From: Mucisphaera calidilacus
GTDB taxonomy: Bacteria; Planctomycetota; Phycisphaerae; Phycisphaerales; Phycisphaeraceae
Direction of reading: 5' to 3'
Assembly (NCBI RefSeq): GCF_007748075.1
Contig: NZ_CP036280.1
Coordinates: forward strand, 450,001-482,000
Length of the DNA stretch: 32,000 bases
Below are positions 14,836-22,358 of the stretch, piece after piece (position 1 is the first letter of the stretch; the number at the start of each line of letters is the position of its first letter). A program made the position numbers and the translations under genes. The notes below the pieces were generated by a model. It had not been told where the DNA came from. It saw only the letters and a program-made list of their open reading frames with translations, and made no database searches.

Positions 14836-17619
14836 ATGAGAAGCGATCGTCAGCAGACACGTCGGATGTTGCAGGGGGCTCTGGCCCTCGGCTTGCTTGG
14901 GGCCGCAGTGACCAGCGCTCACGCCGATCTCACGTCGGATTACCAGAACCTGATCAACAGCGATTCGGGGCTGATCAACTACTGGACCTTTGAAGATGTC
15001 GCTCCGGGCGGCAGTTTCACCACCGTTGCCGACGTTGTCGGCGGCCAGCACGGCACGGTCATCGGCACCGTGGATGCGCAGGCCGGACTCGTCGGCACCG
15101 CGGGCTTTTTCCCGGGCGACACAGACGGAGACATGATCAATAACGTCGTCGAGATCGTCGGCTCCGACACCAATGGATTGTTTGATCTTCAGGGTTCCTT
15201 CACGATCGAGGCGCTGGTCAAGACGGATCAGCTCTCGGCAGACAACTGGTCGGGCATTGTCTCGAAGGGTGATAGCGCGTGGCGTATCGCGCGCAACCGT
15301 GGTGACGACTTCATCCAGGGCGGAGCGAACGGGCTGGCCGGCGGCGTCACCAACGGCTTTCACGATCTGGATAACAGCATCTGGCACTACGTCGCACTGA
15401 GCTACGACCAGACCACGGGCGTGCAGACGGTCTACTTCGATGACTCGGCAACCTCCAGCACAACAACCCCGGGCAACAGCGTCGATATCAACGCTTTCAC
15501 GGTGATGATCGGCGGCAACGCCGAGAAGCCCGAGCGCGAGTGGCTCGGCCTGATCGATGAAGTGGCCATCTACAACAACTCACTCTCCCAGGCCGATGTC
15601 AACAGCCGCCTCACCATCCTCGACGCCGATCCGGGCGCGATCGACGCGGTCAAAATCGCCTACTGGACGGGCGCGCAGGCGTCGGGCTCTTTCGGGGCAG
15701 GCGCGGGCTGGGACAATGGCAACCAGGCGCCGCAAACACTCGACGCCGTCATCATCGGCCAGAACGGCGACGTCTCGTTCAACCAGACCCTCGAGATCGA
15801 CTCACTCGAGGTCGGCACGACACAGGACATCCTCAGCAACCCGAGCAGCGGCGAGGGCAAGCTGACCATCAACGGCGGTGAGTTGTACGTCAGCGGTGGC
15901 GCAGACGGCACGGTCGGTCGTGGCACGAAGGGTGAAGTCCTCCAGACCGGCGGCAAGCTGCACTTCGCCGGTGAAGATTTCGAGATCGGTGAAGACCCCA
16001 ACGGCGACGGCACCTACACCATGACCGGTGGCATCCTGCAGATCGGCTACTGGGTCGAGGCACCTCAGTTCGACAACGGTTGGTGGATGACCAACGACAG
16101 CAGCGCCGGCGACGACCTCGCCATCGGACGTGACCGGACCGTCGACGAGCAGGGTAACTCCAGCGACGTCGCGAGCGGCGTGCTGGATATGTCTGGTGAT
16201 TCCGAGGTTCGCGTCGCAAACGACGTCTTCCTCGACGTTGGTTATGCCGAGGTTCACATGACCGACAACGCAACCATGCGCGTCGGTGACGATCTGCGTG
16301 CGGCTTCCGCCGACCGCGGTGAAGGCTTCATGGACATCCGTGGCAACGCCCTGGTCCAGGTCGAGGGCCGCTTCTCGATCGCTGACTCGAACCTCTCGAC
16401 AATGGACGTCACCGTCGCAGGTGACGCGACCGTTGAGGTCGGCATGTACCTGGTCGTTTCGGGTCAGGACAGCCTGAACGAGGCAGGCGTCGGCACCCTG
16501 ACCATCGAGGACAACGCCACCATCAATGTCGGCTCGATCATCTACCGTGGTGATACCAACGGCGAGCCCGGACTGCCGACCGAAGAGACGCCCGCTGCGG
16601 ACCGCGTGGCGGACGAACACGCCTTCTTTGTGGGCACCGGCAACAGCAGCCAGGGCAGCGGCGCGGTTTACCAGAACGGTGCCGGCAGCCTCATGACCAT
16701 CGGGCGGATCGCCAACATCGGCTTCCGCACGATCGGCGACTACACCATCACGGCCGGCACCTTCGAAGTGCGTGGCGACGCCCCGATCAGCGGAGTCGAT
16801 TTCGAAACGGGCCTCAGCGACGACGACGGATTTGTCGACGGCGGCGGCGACGTGATCATCGGCGTGCAGGGTGGCTCCGTCGGCAGCTTCACCTACGAGG
16901 GTGGAACGGTCGATGTCTTCCGCGATTTCACCGTCGGTCTCGGCGGCGAAGGCACGCTCAAGATCGTCTCGGGCGAATCGGGCGACGCGGACGCCACCGG
17001 TTCCTTCACCATCGGCGGCGACCTGGGCTTCGGCGGGGACTTCGCCGGATCCGAGGGCGGCACGGGCTCGCTCGTCGCCGTGCTCAACGGCGGTGAGTTC
17101 ACCACCATCGATGTCACCGGCTCTAACCCCGAGACGGTTGGCGATCTCTATATCTACGACGGCGCGACGTTTGACCTCGAACTCGAAGGCGTTGCCGAGG
17201 TCGGCCGCTACCTGCTCATCAGCTACGCCGGCGACCGCTACGCCTCAGACACCTCTGCAGCCGACACCGGCGAGTTCATCGAGACCGACGTTCTCCAGAC
17301 GCTAGGCATCGAGTACTACCTCGATTACTCAGTGGCCGGTGAGGTCGCGCTGGTGATCGAGTCCGTAGACCAGTTGCTCCTCGATGGCGACTTCAACTTC
17401 GATGGAAACGTCGACCTGCTCGACCTCTCGATCCTCGCCGCCAACTTCAACCAGTCGGCCGGCGTGTCGGGTGGTGACGCCAACGGCGACGGGATCGTCG
17501 ACCTGCTCGACCTCTCGCTGCTCGCAAGCAACTTCGGCTCGTCCTCGGTCCCCGAACCCGCGGCCGCCGTGCTTGGCCTCCTCGGCTTGGGCGTCGTGAC
17601 ACGCCGCCGTTCTGCCTGA
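14836..17619 (+). CDS. large secreted surface protein: LamG (concanavalin-A-like) domain, long beta-helix-like repeat region, dockerin-type repeat pair, PEP-CTERM anchor
   Basis: AGGAG RBS and ATG at 14836. Signal peptide ...LGLLGAAVTSAHA. LamG_3-type segments: LINYWTFEDV, FTIEALVK, WHYVALSYD, LIDEVAIYNNSLSQADV. Periodic (G/D)(D/N)(A/S)x-h-xV units. Dockerin-type repeats DFNFDGNVDLLDLSILAANF and DANGDGIVDLLDLSLLASNF. C-terminus VPEPAAAVLGLLGLGVVTRRRSA. Confidence 0.88.
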   Translation: MRSDRQQTRRMLQGALALGLLGAAVTSAHADLTSDYQNLINSDSGLINYWTFEDVAPGGSFTTVADVVGGQHGTVIGTVDAQAGLVGTAGFFPGDTDGDMINNVVEIVGSDTNGLFDLQGSFTIEALVKTDQLSADNWSGIVSKGDSAWRIARNRGDDFIQGGANGLAGGVTNGFHDLDNSIWHYVALSYDQTTGVQTVYFDDSATSSTTTPGNSVDINAFTVMIGGNAEKPEREWLGLIDEVAIYNNSLSQADVNSRLTILDADPGAIDAVKIAYWTGAQASGSFGAGAGWDNGNQAPQTLDAVIIGQNGDVSFNQTLEIDSLEVGTTQDILSNPSSGEGKLTINGGELYVSGGADGTVGRGTKGEVLQTGGKLHFAGEDFEIGEDPNGDGTYTMTGGILQIGYWVEAPQFDNGWWMTNDSSAGDDLAIGRDRTVDEQGNSSDVASGVLDMSGDSEVRVANDVFLDVGYAEVHMTDNATMRVGDDLRAASADRGEGFMDIRGNALVQVEGRFSIADSNLSTMDVTVAGDATVEVGMYLVVSGQDSLNEAGVGTLTIEDNATINVGSIIYRGDTNGEPGLPTEETPAADRVADEHAFFVGTGNSSQGSGAVYQNGAGSLMTIGRIANIGFRTIGDYTITAGTFEVRGDAPISGVDFETGLSDDDGFVDGGGDVIIGVQGGSVGSFTYEGGTVDVFRDFTVGLGGEGTLKIVSGESGDADATGSFTIGGDLGFGGDFAGSEGGTGSLVAVLNGGEFTTIDVTGSNPETVGDLYIYDGATFDLELEGVAEVGRYLLISYAGDRYASDTSAADTGEFIETDVLQTLGIEYYLDYSVAGEVALVIESVDQLLLDGDFNFDGNVDLLDLSILAANFNQSAGVSGGDANGDGIVDLLDLSLLASNFGSSSVPEPAAAVLGLLGLGVVTRRRSA
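17383..17547 (+). repeat. coding segment for a pair of dockerin-type repeats (partner of 9819-9986)
   Basis: The exact 21-nt string GTCGACCTGCTCGACCTCTCG occurs at 17410-17430 and again at 17497-17517. Confidence 0.75.
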
Positions 17620-17639
17620 TGTCTCGCCCCTCCTGTGTT

Positions 17640-17680
17640 CCGGCCGGCGAGAGCCGGTCGGGACGCTTATTTCTCTTTGT
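17640..17680 (+). terminator. intrinsic-terminator-like hairpin (9-bp GC stem with one G-U, GAGA tetraloop) followed by a T-rich tract
   Basis: CCGGCCGGC gaga GCCGGTCGG (17640-17661), then gacgCTTATTTCTCTTTGT. Sits 21 nt after the stop of the large surface-protein gene and before the DUF1559 gene. Confidence 0.55.
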
Positions 17681-17692
17681 CAGGAAGGACCC

Positions 17693-18547
17693 ATGAACGA
17701 ACACGGACGACAACAGGCGTTCACACTCATCGAGTTACTGGTGGTGATCTCCATCCTCGCGCTGCTGATCGGGCTGCTGCTGCCGGCGCTGGGCAAGGCA
17801 CGCGCACGAGCGCAGGATCTGCAGTGTGTGACGGGCATTCGGAGCCTCGGCCAGTCCCTGATGGTCTACACCATGGATTACGACGGATATTTCGGCAGGT
17901 ATGACCACCTGCTCAATGGCAACTGGAACAATGAACCCGTAGGCGGTTCGCGTCGCAACCCCGGTGCTCTGCCCATCGAGAACAGCGTGCTCATCCCTTA
18001 CCTTGGCATCGACCGCGAGCAGGCCTATGTCTGCCCCGTCTTCGAACGCTGGGTGATGGACGAATACGACGACATGATTCCCGATGAGGGGGTTTCGTAC
18101 ACTTACACCTACAACGCCGTTATATGCTGGTTGACGGCGATCGAGAGCAGCGGACAACCCAGGTACAAGCCTTACGATAACCGCCCCGTGAAGGTGGACA
18201 TGGTGGCCAACGCGAGCGCCATGGCGATGTTTGTCGAGGAGAACCCGTGGGGCCATCCACGCTACGGACCGACGCCGATGAACGACGGGCGGTTCGTGCC
18301 CGACCGTTGGCCGAATCAGGACACCCTCGCAACGTTTCACCAGGCAGACATGCCCTCTCGATACAGTTCGGGGCCCTATCCCTACAAATACGACGCTTCA
18401 GACGAAGGCGGCGTTCTGAATACGGGCATCTCGAACGTTGTCTTCGTCGACGGCCACGTCAGTCAGCACAAGACCACGGAGAGCGAGTATGTTGTCTATG
18501 GGGGCAACAAGAAGTACGCGAACGTGCCGGAATACTGGCCGAACTGA
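17693..18547 (+). CDS. DUF1559-type prepilin-like protein, copy 2
   Basis: MNEHGRQQA|[36 protein letters not shown]; C-terminal NVVFVDGHVSQHK motif. Confidence 0.9.
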   Translation: MNEHGRQQAFTLIELLVVISILALLIGLLLPALGKARARAQDLQCVTGIRSLGQSLMVYTMDYDGYFGRYDHLLNGNWNNEPVGGSRRNPGALPIENSVLIPYLGIDREQAYVCPVFERWVMDEYDDMIPDEGVSYTYTYNAVICWLTAIESSGQPRYKPYDNRPVKVDMVANASAMAMFVEENPWGHPRYGPTPMNDGRFVPDRWPNQDTLATFHQADMPSRYSSGPYPYKYDASDEGGVLNTGISNVVFVDGHVSQHKTTESEYVVYGGNKKYANVPEYWPN

Positions 18548-18588
18548 ACCGGTGGTTGAAGGGATTCTGATTGGACCAAGAGCGTGCA

Positions 18589-19104
18589 ATGCGACAGTTT
18601 CTGGGGCAGCGGACGGCGCTATATGCATATATCCGATCGGTACTCCGTGACGATCACCGTGCCGAAGACGTCCTGCAGAATGTCTGCCTCGTCCTCTTGC
18701 GCAAGCACGATGAGATTCAGTCGGAGGATCACATGCGTAAATGGCTGCGGACGACGGCGCGTTACGAATCACTACGCGTGATCCGGGAAGGCAAAACGCA
18801 GTCAACAGGCCTGAGTGATGAGGTACTCAACGCGCTCGAGTCAGAGTGGGATACGGCCTTCGAGGTCGAGCGTGGCGAGACGATCGAAGCGCTCAAGGCC
18901 TGTATCGAGCGACTGACGCCTTATGCAAAACAACTGATAACGCTGCGTTATCACGAAGGGCTGACAGGCAAGGACCTGGCCGATCGGGTGGGTCGCAGGA
19001 TCAACACGATTTACGTAGCACTGACACGAGCCCATCGTCACCTGTCCGAATGCGTGACCTATTCGTTGCGCGAATCGACAGCTACCGGGCGTGCTCATGA
19101 GTAA
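18589..19104 (+). CDS. ECF-type sigma-70 family RNA polymerase sigma factor
   Basis: Region 2: AEDVLQNVCLVLLRK...WLRTTARYESLRV. Region 4 HTH: LTPYAKQLITLRYHEGLTGKDLADRVGRRINTIYVALTRAHRHL. Start is either the ATG at 18589 or the TTG at 18571. Confidence 0.88.
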   Translation: MRQFLGQRTALYAYIRSVLRDDHRAEDVLQNVCLVLLRKHDEIQSEDHMRKWLRTTARYESLRVIREGKTQSTGLSDEVLNALESEWDTAFEVERGETIEALKACIERLTPYAKQLITLRYHEGLTGKDLADRVGRRINTIYVALTRAHRHLSECVTYSLRESTATGRAHE

Positions 19105-20650
19105 GAAAGGCGCCGCATTGACGCCCGAGTCCGATGCCTTTGTCGAACGTTCTCTGCGTGTGCTCGATGGCATTGCGCGAGACTCCGAGCGTGCTCGGCT
19201 CGAGCAGGAACTGCTCACCTCGGCCGAACGCAGGACGCTGTTCGTGCGACTGAACCTGCATCGGACAGAAGTCATCGCCGCCTGCGGCAGGCTCGATGCC
19301 GAGCGATCACAAGCCGAGAAACTCAAGGGGGACGTGCTCGCACGCATCGGCTGGGGTGGGGCCGGATCACTGGCCGCGATACTACTGCTCGGACTGTGGC
19401 TCGGATGGCTGCTGACGGGGAACGAGGGGCCGAAGCGTGAAATCACGCAGTGGACACAGGGGCAACTGGCCGCACTGACACTGACCGTCGACGACAGCGG
19501 CCTGATGAATGCATCGACACGATTCTTCCGGTCGGGGCAAACCCTGCGCCTCGACCAAGGAGTGGCACGGCTTGAGACGCCAGCAGGTGTCGAGATGATC
19601 GTCGATGGCCCGGCAACGATAGGCTTTGAGCGTGCCCGCAGCGTCCGGCTGAATGCAGGCCGGATGGTCGCCTGGGTACCCGACGGCGCAGAAGGCTTCG
19701 CTATCGAGGTCAAGGGAGGACGCGTGGTGGACCTCGGCACACGATTTGGTGTTGATGTTGATGCCGTCACCGGTGAGATCCTGACACACGTCTTTGACGG
19801 ACGTGTGTGCGTGGAGTCGGGTGCCTCCGAGATCGAGCTGACAGGCGGTCAGGAGGTCAGGTTGATGCCCGGCGGTCTGTTTACGGGCATTTCATCCGGC
19901 AGCGGGCTGGTGGGATTTGTGCGCGAGGTCCCGCGCACACAACTCGCCGCCGTCATTGCGGGTTTCGCTCCACTGCTTTATTACAGCTTCGACGATCAGG
20001 GCAAGAGTGGCTCCTTGAACATGTTCGATGCCGACCGATCGCCGCTGGCGTTCGGCACGGGTGGGCGTCGTGATGAGCGTGAGGGCAGGACGTTCCTGAG
20101 ACTCAGCGGTCAGCCTGAAGGGTGCTACGCAAAGGGTGTTCTCAGTCCATGGTCACGGGACGCTTCAGGCTACACGGTGCTGCTGCGTGTACGGCCGATC
20201 GAGCCGGGCAGCCAGAACATCCTCACCGCAACAAACACGCTCGGCCCGGATCGCCTGTTCGGACCGCAGCTGCGCATCCGTCCCGACGGGCAGTTGGAAC
20301 ACGTCACCGTAGTTCGTGGCCCCGCGGGACCGGCTGGCGAAGTCGTGCAGTCCTCGGACATCAGGATCTCACAAGGCCAATGGGTGACGCTGGCGATCAC
20401 GGCCGCGAGCGAGGGCATAATGCGACTCTACGTCGATGGTCAGGAGGCAGCCTCGCCGGTCGATCTGGACGCCTCGCTCTATCTCGGTTACCCGGATCTG
20501 GTGGTGGGGGGGTCCGCGGGGCGTGTACGGCGTGACGTTATGCACCACGTCGCGGGTTTCTCCGGCGAGGTGGATGATCTTGTGGTGATCGCCAGGCAGC
20601 TCACAGACGCCGATCTTGCCAAGATTCACGGCTATATGAATCCGGGATGA
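19097..20650 (+). CDS. membrane-spanning anti-sigma factor: N-terminal anti-sigma region, one TM helix, FecR domain, C-terminal LamG domain
   Basis: The ATG at 19097 overlaps the sigma stop (ATGAGTAA, 8-nt overlap). TM helix SLAAILLLGLWLGWLLTG. FecR-like segment RLNAGRMVAWVPDGAEGFAIEVKGGRVVDLGTRFGVDV. LamG_3-like C-terminus: LLYYSFDD, GYTVLLRVRP, GQWVTLAITA, FSGEVDDLVVIARQLTDADL. Confidence 0.85.
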   Translation: MSKKGAALTPESDAFVERSLRVLDGIARDSERARLEQELLTSAERRTLFVRLNLHRTEVIAACGRLDAERSQAEKLKGDVLARIGWGGAGSLAAILLLGLWLGWLLTGNEGPKREITQWTQGQLAALTLTVDDSGLMNASTRFFRSGQTLRLDQGVARLETPAGVEMIVDGPATIGFERARSVRLNAGRMVAWVPDGAEGFAIEVKGGRVVDLGTRFGVDVDAVTGEILTHVFDGRVCVESGASEIELTGGQEVRLMPGGLFTGISSGSGLVGFVREVPRTQLAAVIAGFAPLLYYSFDDQGKSGSLNMFDADRSPLAFGTGGRRDEREGRTFLRLSGQPEGCYAKGVLSPWSRDASGYTVLLRVRPIEPGSQNILTATNTLGPDRLFGPQLRIRPDGQLEHVTVVRGPAGPAGEVVQSSDIRISQGQWVTLAITAASEGIMRLYVDGQEAASPVDLDASLYLGYPDLVVGGSAGRVRRDVMHHVAGFSGEVDDLVVIARQLTDADLAKIHGYMNPG

Positions 20651-20732
20651 GAAATCAGTGAACACGATCGGGATCGGAGGAGTGTTGGTTACACTCGCCT
20701 CTGTGTAGTCGAACGGCCCTTAGGGAACGACG

Positions 20733-21524
20733 ATGGTCACTGGGCGTGTAAATCGCGGTCTGTCCATGCTGGAACTGCTGACGGTGCTCGCGATTTCCAC
20801 CGTGATGGTGGGGCTCTTGGTGCCCACGCTCTCTTGGTCCCGATCGGTTGCTCGGGAAACGCTCTGCGCAAGCCACGCCCGACAGTTGCATCTGCTGATG
20901 GTAAGTTTTGCTCAGGACGATGATTACAGCCGCTACGCGCCGACCATCGAGGTCGGCCACGACGACCTGAGTTATCTCTGGACCGGAGGCTATCTCCACA
21001 CGACCGATATCACCGTATGCCCAGCCACGCTGAACCAGGTTACGGTACAACGCGACGATTACGAAGAACTCCAGCGAGCATCACGCCATGCCTATGATGA
21101 AGAGGGTGGACACAGCTACGAAACCTTTCATCATGTGAGCCCGGGTGAGTTCCCCGGCGGGCTGGTGATCAATCAGCACCGGCAGTTGTCACTCAAGGAC
21201 CCCATGCGTCCCGCCGACACCTTCATCGTTCTCGACAGCGACAACGACCCCGACGCGGGTGGTATGAATGACGGGTTGTTCGGCTACAACAACCTGCCCG
21301 ATGCGGCGACAAACAACCACGGCGAGCGTGGCCTGAACGTTGCTTTTCTCGACGGTCGCATCCGCTTCGTCACCGCGTCGCAGTGGGTCGAGGTCATGCT
21401 CCGATCAGCCCACCTCAACGCCGACTCGATCGACCTCGTCCGCGCTCGTGCACTGTATGAACCCAGAATTCAGTGGGGACTGCGACAGGATGGCAATGAC
21501 GGTCTGCGTTACTGGCTGGAATGA
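20733..21524 (+). CDS. divergent prepilin-like / DUF1559-related protein, copy 3 (degenerate N-terminal motif)
   Basis: MVTGRVNRG|LSMLELLTVLAISTVMVGLLVPTL keeps Gly at -1 and Glu at +5, but F-T-L-I is replaced by L-S-M-L. C-terminal HGERGLNVAFLDGRIRFV resembles the family H-x(9-10)-DG segment. Confidence 0.65.
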   Translation: MVTGRVNRGLSMLELLTVLAISTVMVGLLVPTLSWSRSVARETLCASHARQLHLLMVSFAQDDDYSRYAPTIEVGHDDLSYLWTGGYLHTTDITVCPATLNQVTVQRDDYEELQRASRHAYDEEGGHSYETFHHVSPGEFPGGLVINQHRQLSLKDPMRPADTFIVLDSDNDPDAGGMNDGLFGYNNLPDAATNNHGERGLNVAFLDGRIRFVTASQWVEVMLRSAHLNADSIDLVRARALYEPRIQWGLRQDGNDGLRYWLE

Positions 21525-21530
21525 AACCGC

Positions 21531-22358
21531 TCAATCACGATTCACGAGCAACGCACGACTCGCACGGATCGTCTCCTCCAGAAACGCGGACGCGGCCTCG
21601 ACGCCATAAATGAACAGCGACTCGCCGAGAAGCACCGCGCCCATCCACTCCTCAGTCCAAAAGCCATCGACGGGTAGAAGTGGAAGCGTATCAGGACGTG
21701 ACTCGAGCCCGTAGGGATTCACATAGAAGTAAGGCTGACTGTAGGTCGCGTCGCCCAGAGACAGTCCGAGACCGATGGACGGGTCCATGGCAGGATTGTC
21801 GCCAGCGTTGAGAAGCACAATCCCGCCAAAATCCAGGTGGTGTGGCCAGAGCCGTATCGGTCCAGCGTCCGGTCTTTCGCTCAGAGCCCTGGTCAGGCAA
21901 GCGTGACCCAACGCACACCACGCATCGATCCGACTTAACGCCTCCGCATTGGATAATTCGAACGAACTGCCATCGGCGACGGGGTGCGACGGCATGTCGT
22001 AGTCGCGCAGCCTGATATCAGGACCGCTTCCCGGCAGACGTTGATTCACCCACGACAGGAGGTCCTCAAGCGAACATTCGTCCAGTGGCAGTAGTTCACC
22101 CGGACTGCCGTCCGATTGGATCCTCATGAATACGGCATCGGTGAAACGCAAGGCGAACGCCGAGCCATCCGGCAGTTGTCGGCCGGCAAGTCCGTGCAGC
22201 GCGTGGTCGTAGCCAAGGTTGCTGTGACTGTCGTCCTCCGCGTGTTCGAGTCGCGCGTCAGCGGCCGCGGAAATCGCCTGCAAGGCCCAGTGCACCTGCA
22301 GGCGTGTGCCAATCAGGCAATCCCTGTCGCTGTATTGAAGATCATCGACTGAAATCAC
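21531..22358 (-). CDS. hypothetical protein (275 aa, acidic, no lysine), start/stop overlap with egtD
   Basis: GTG start at 22358-22356 overlaps the egtD TGA stop (GTGA). Codon third positions are GC-biased like the neighbouring genes. No family confidently recognised. Start codon is uncertain: the next in-frame Met is around residue 78. Confidence 0.55.
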   Translation of the reverse strand: MISVDDLQYSDRDCLIGTRLQVHWALQAISAAADARLEHAEDDSHSNLGYDHALHGLAGRQLPDGSAFALRFTDAVFMRIQSDGSPGELLPLDECSLEDLLSWVNQRLPGSGPDIRLRDYDMPSHPVADGSSFELSNAEALSRIDAWCALGHACLTRALSERPDAGPIRLWPHHLDFGGIVLLNAGDNPAMDPSIGLGLSLGDATYSQPYFYVNPYGLESRPDTLPLLPVDGFWTEEWMGAVLLGESLFIYGVEAASAFLEETIRASRALLVNRD

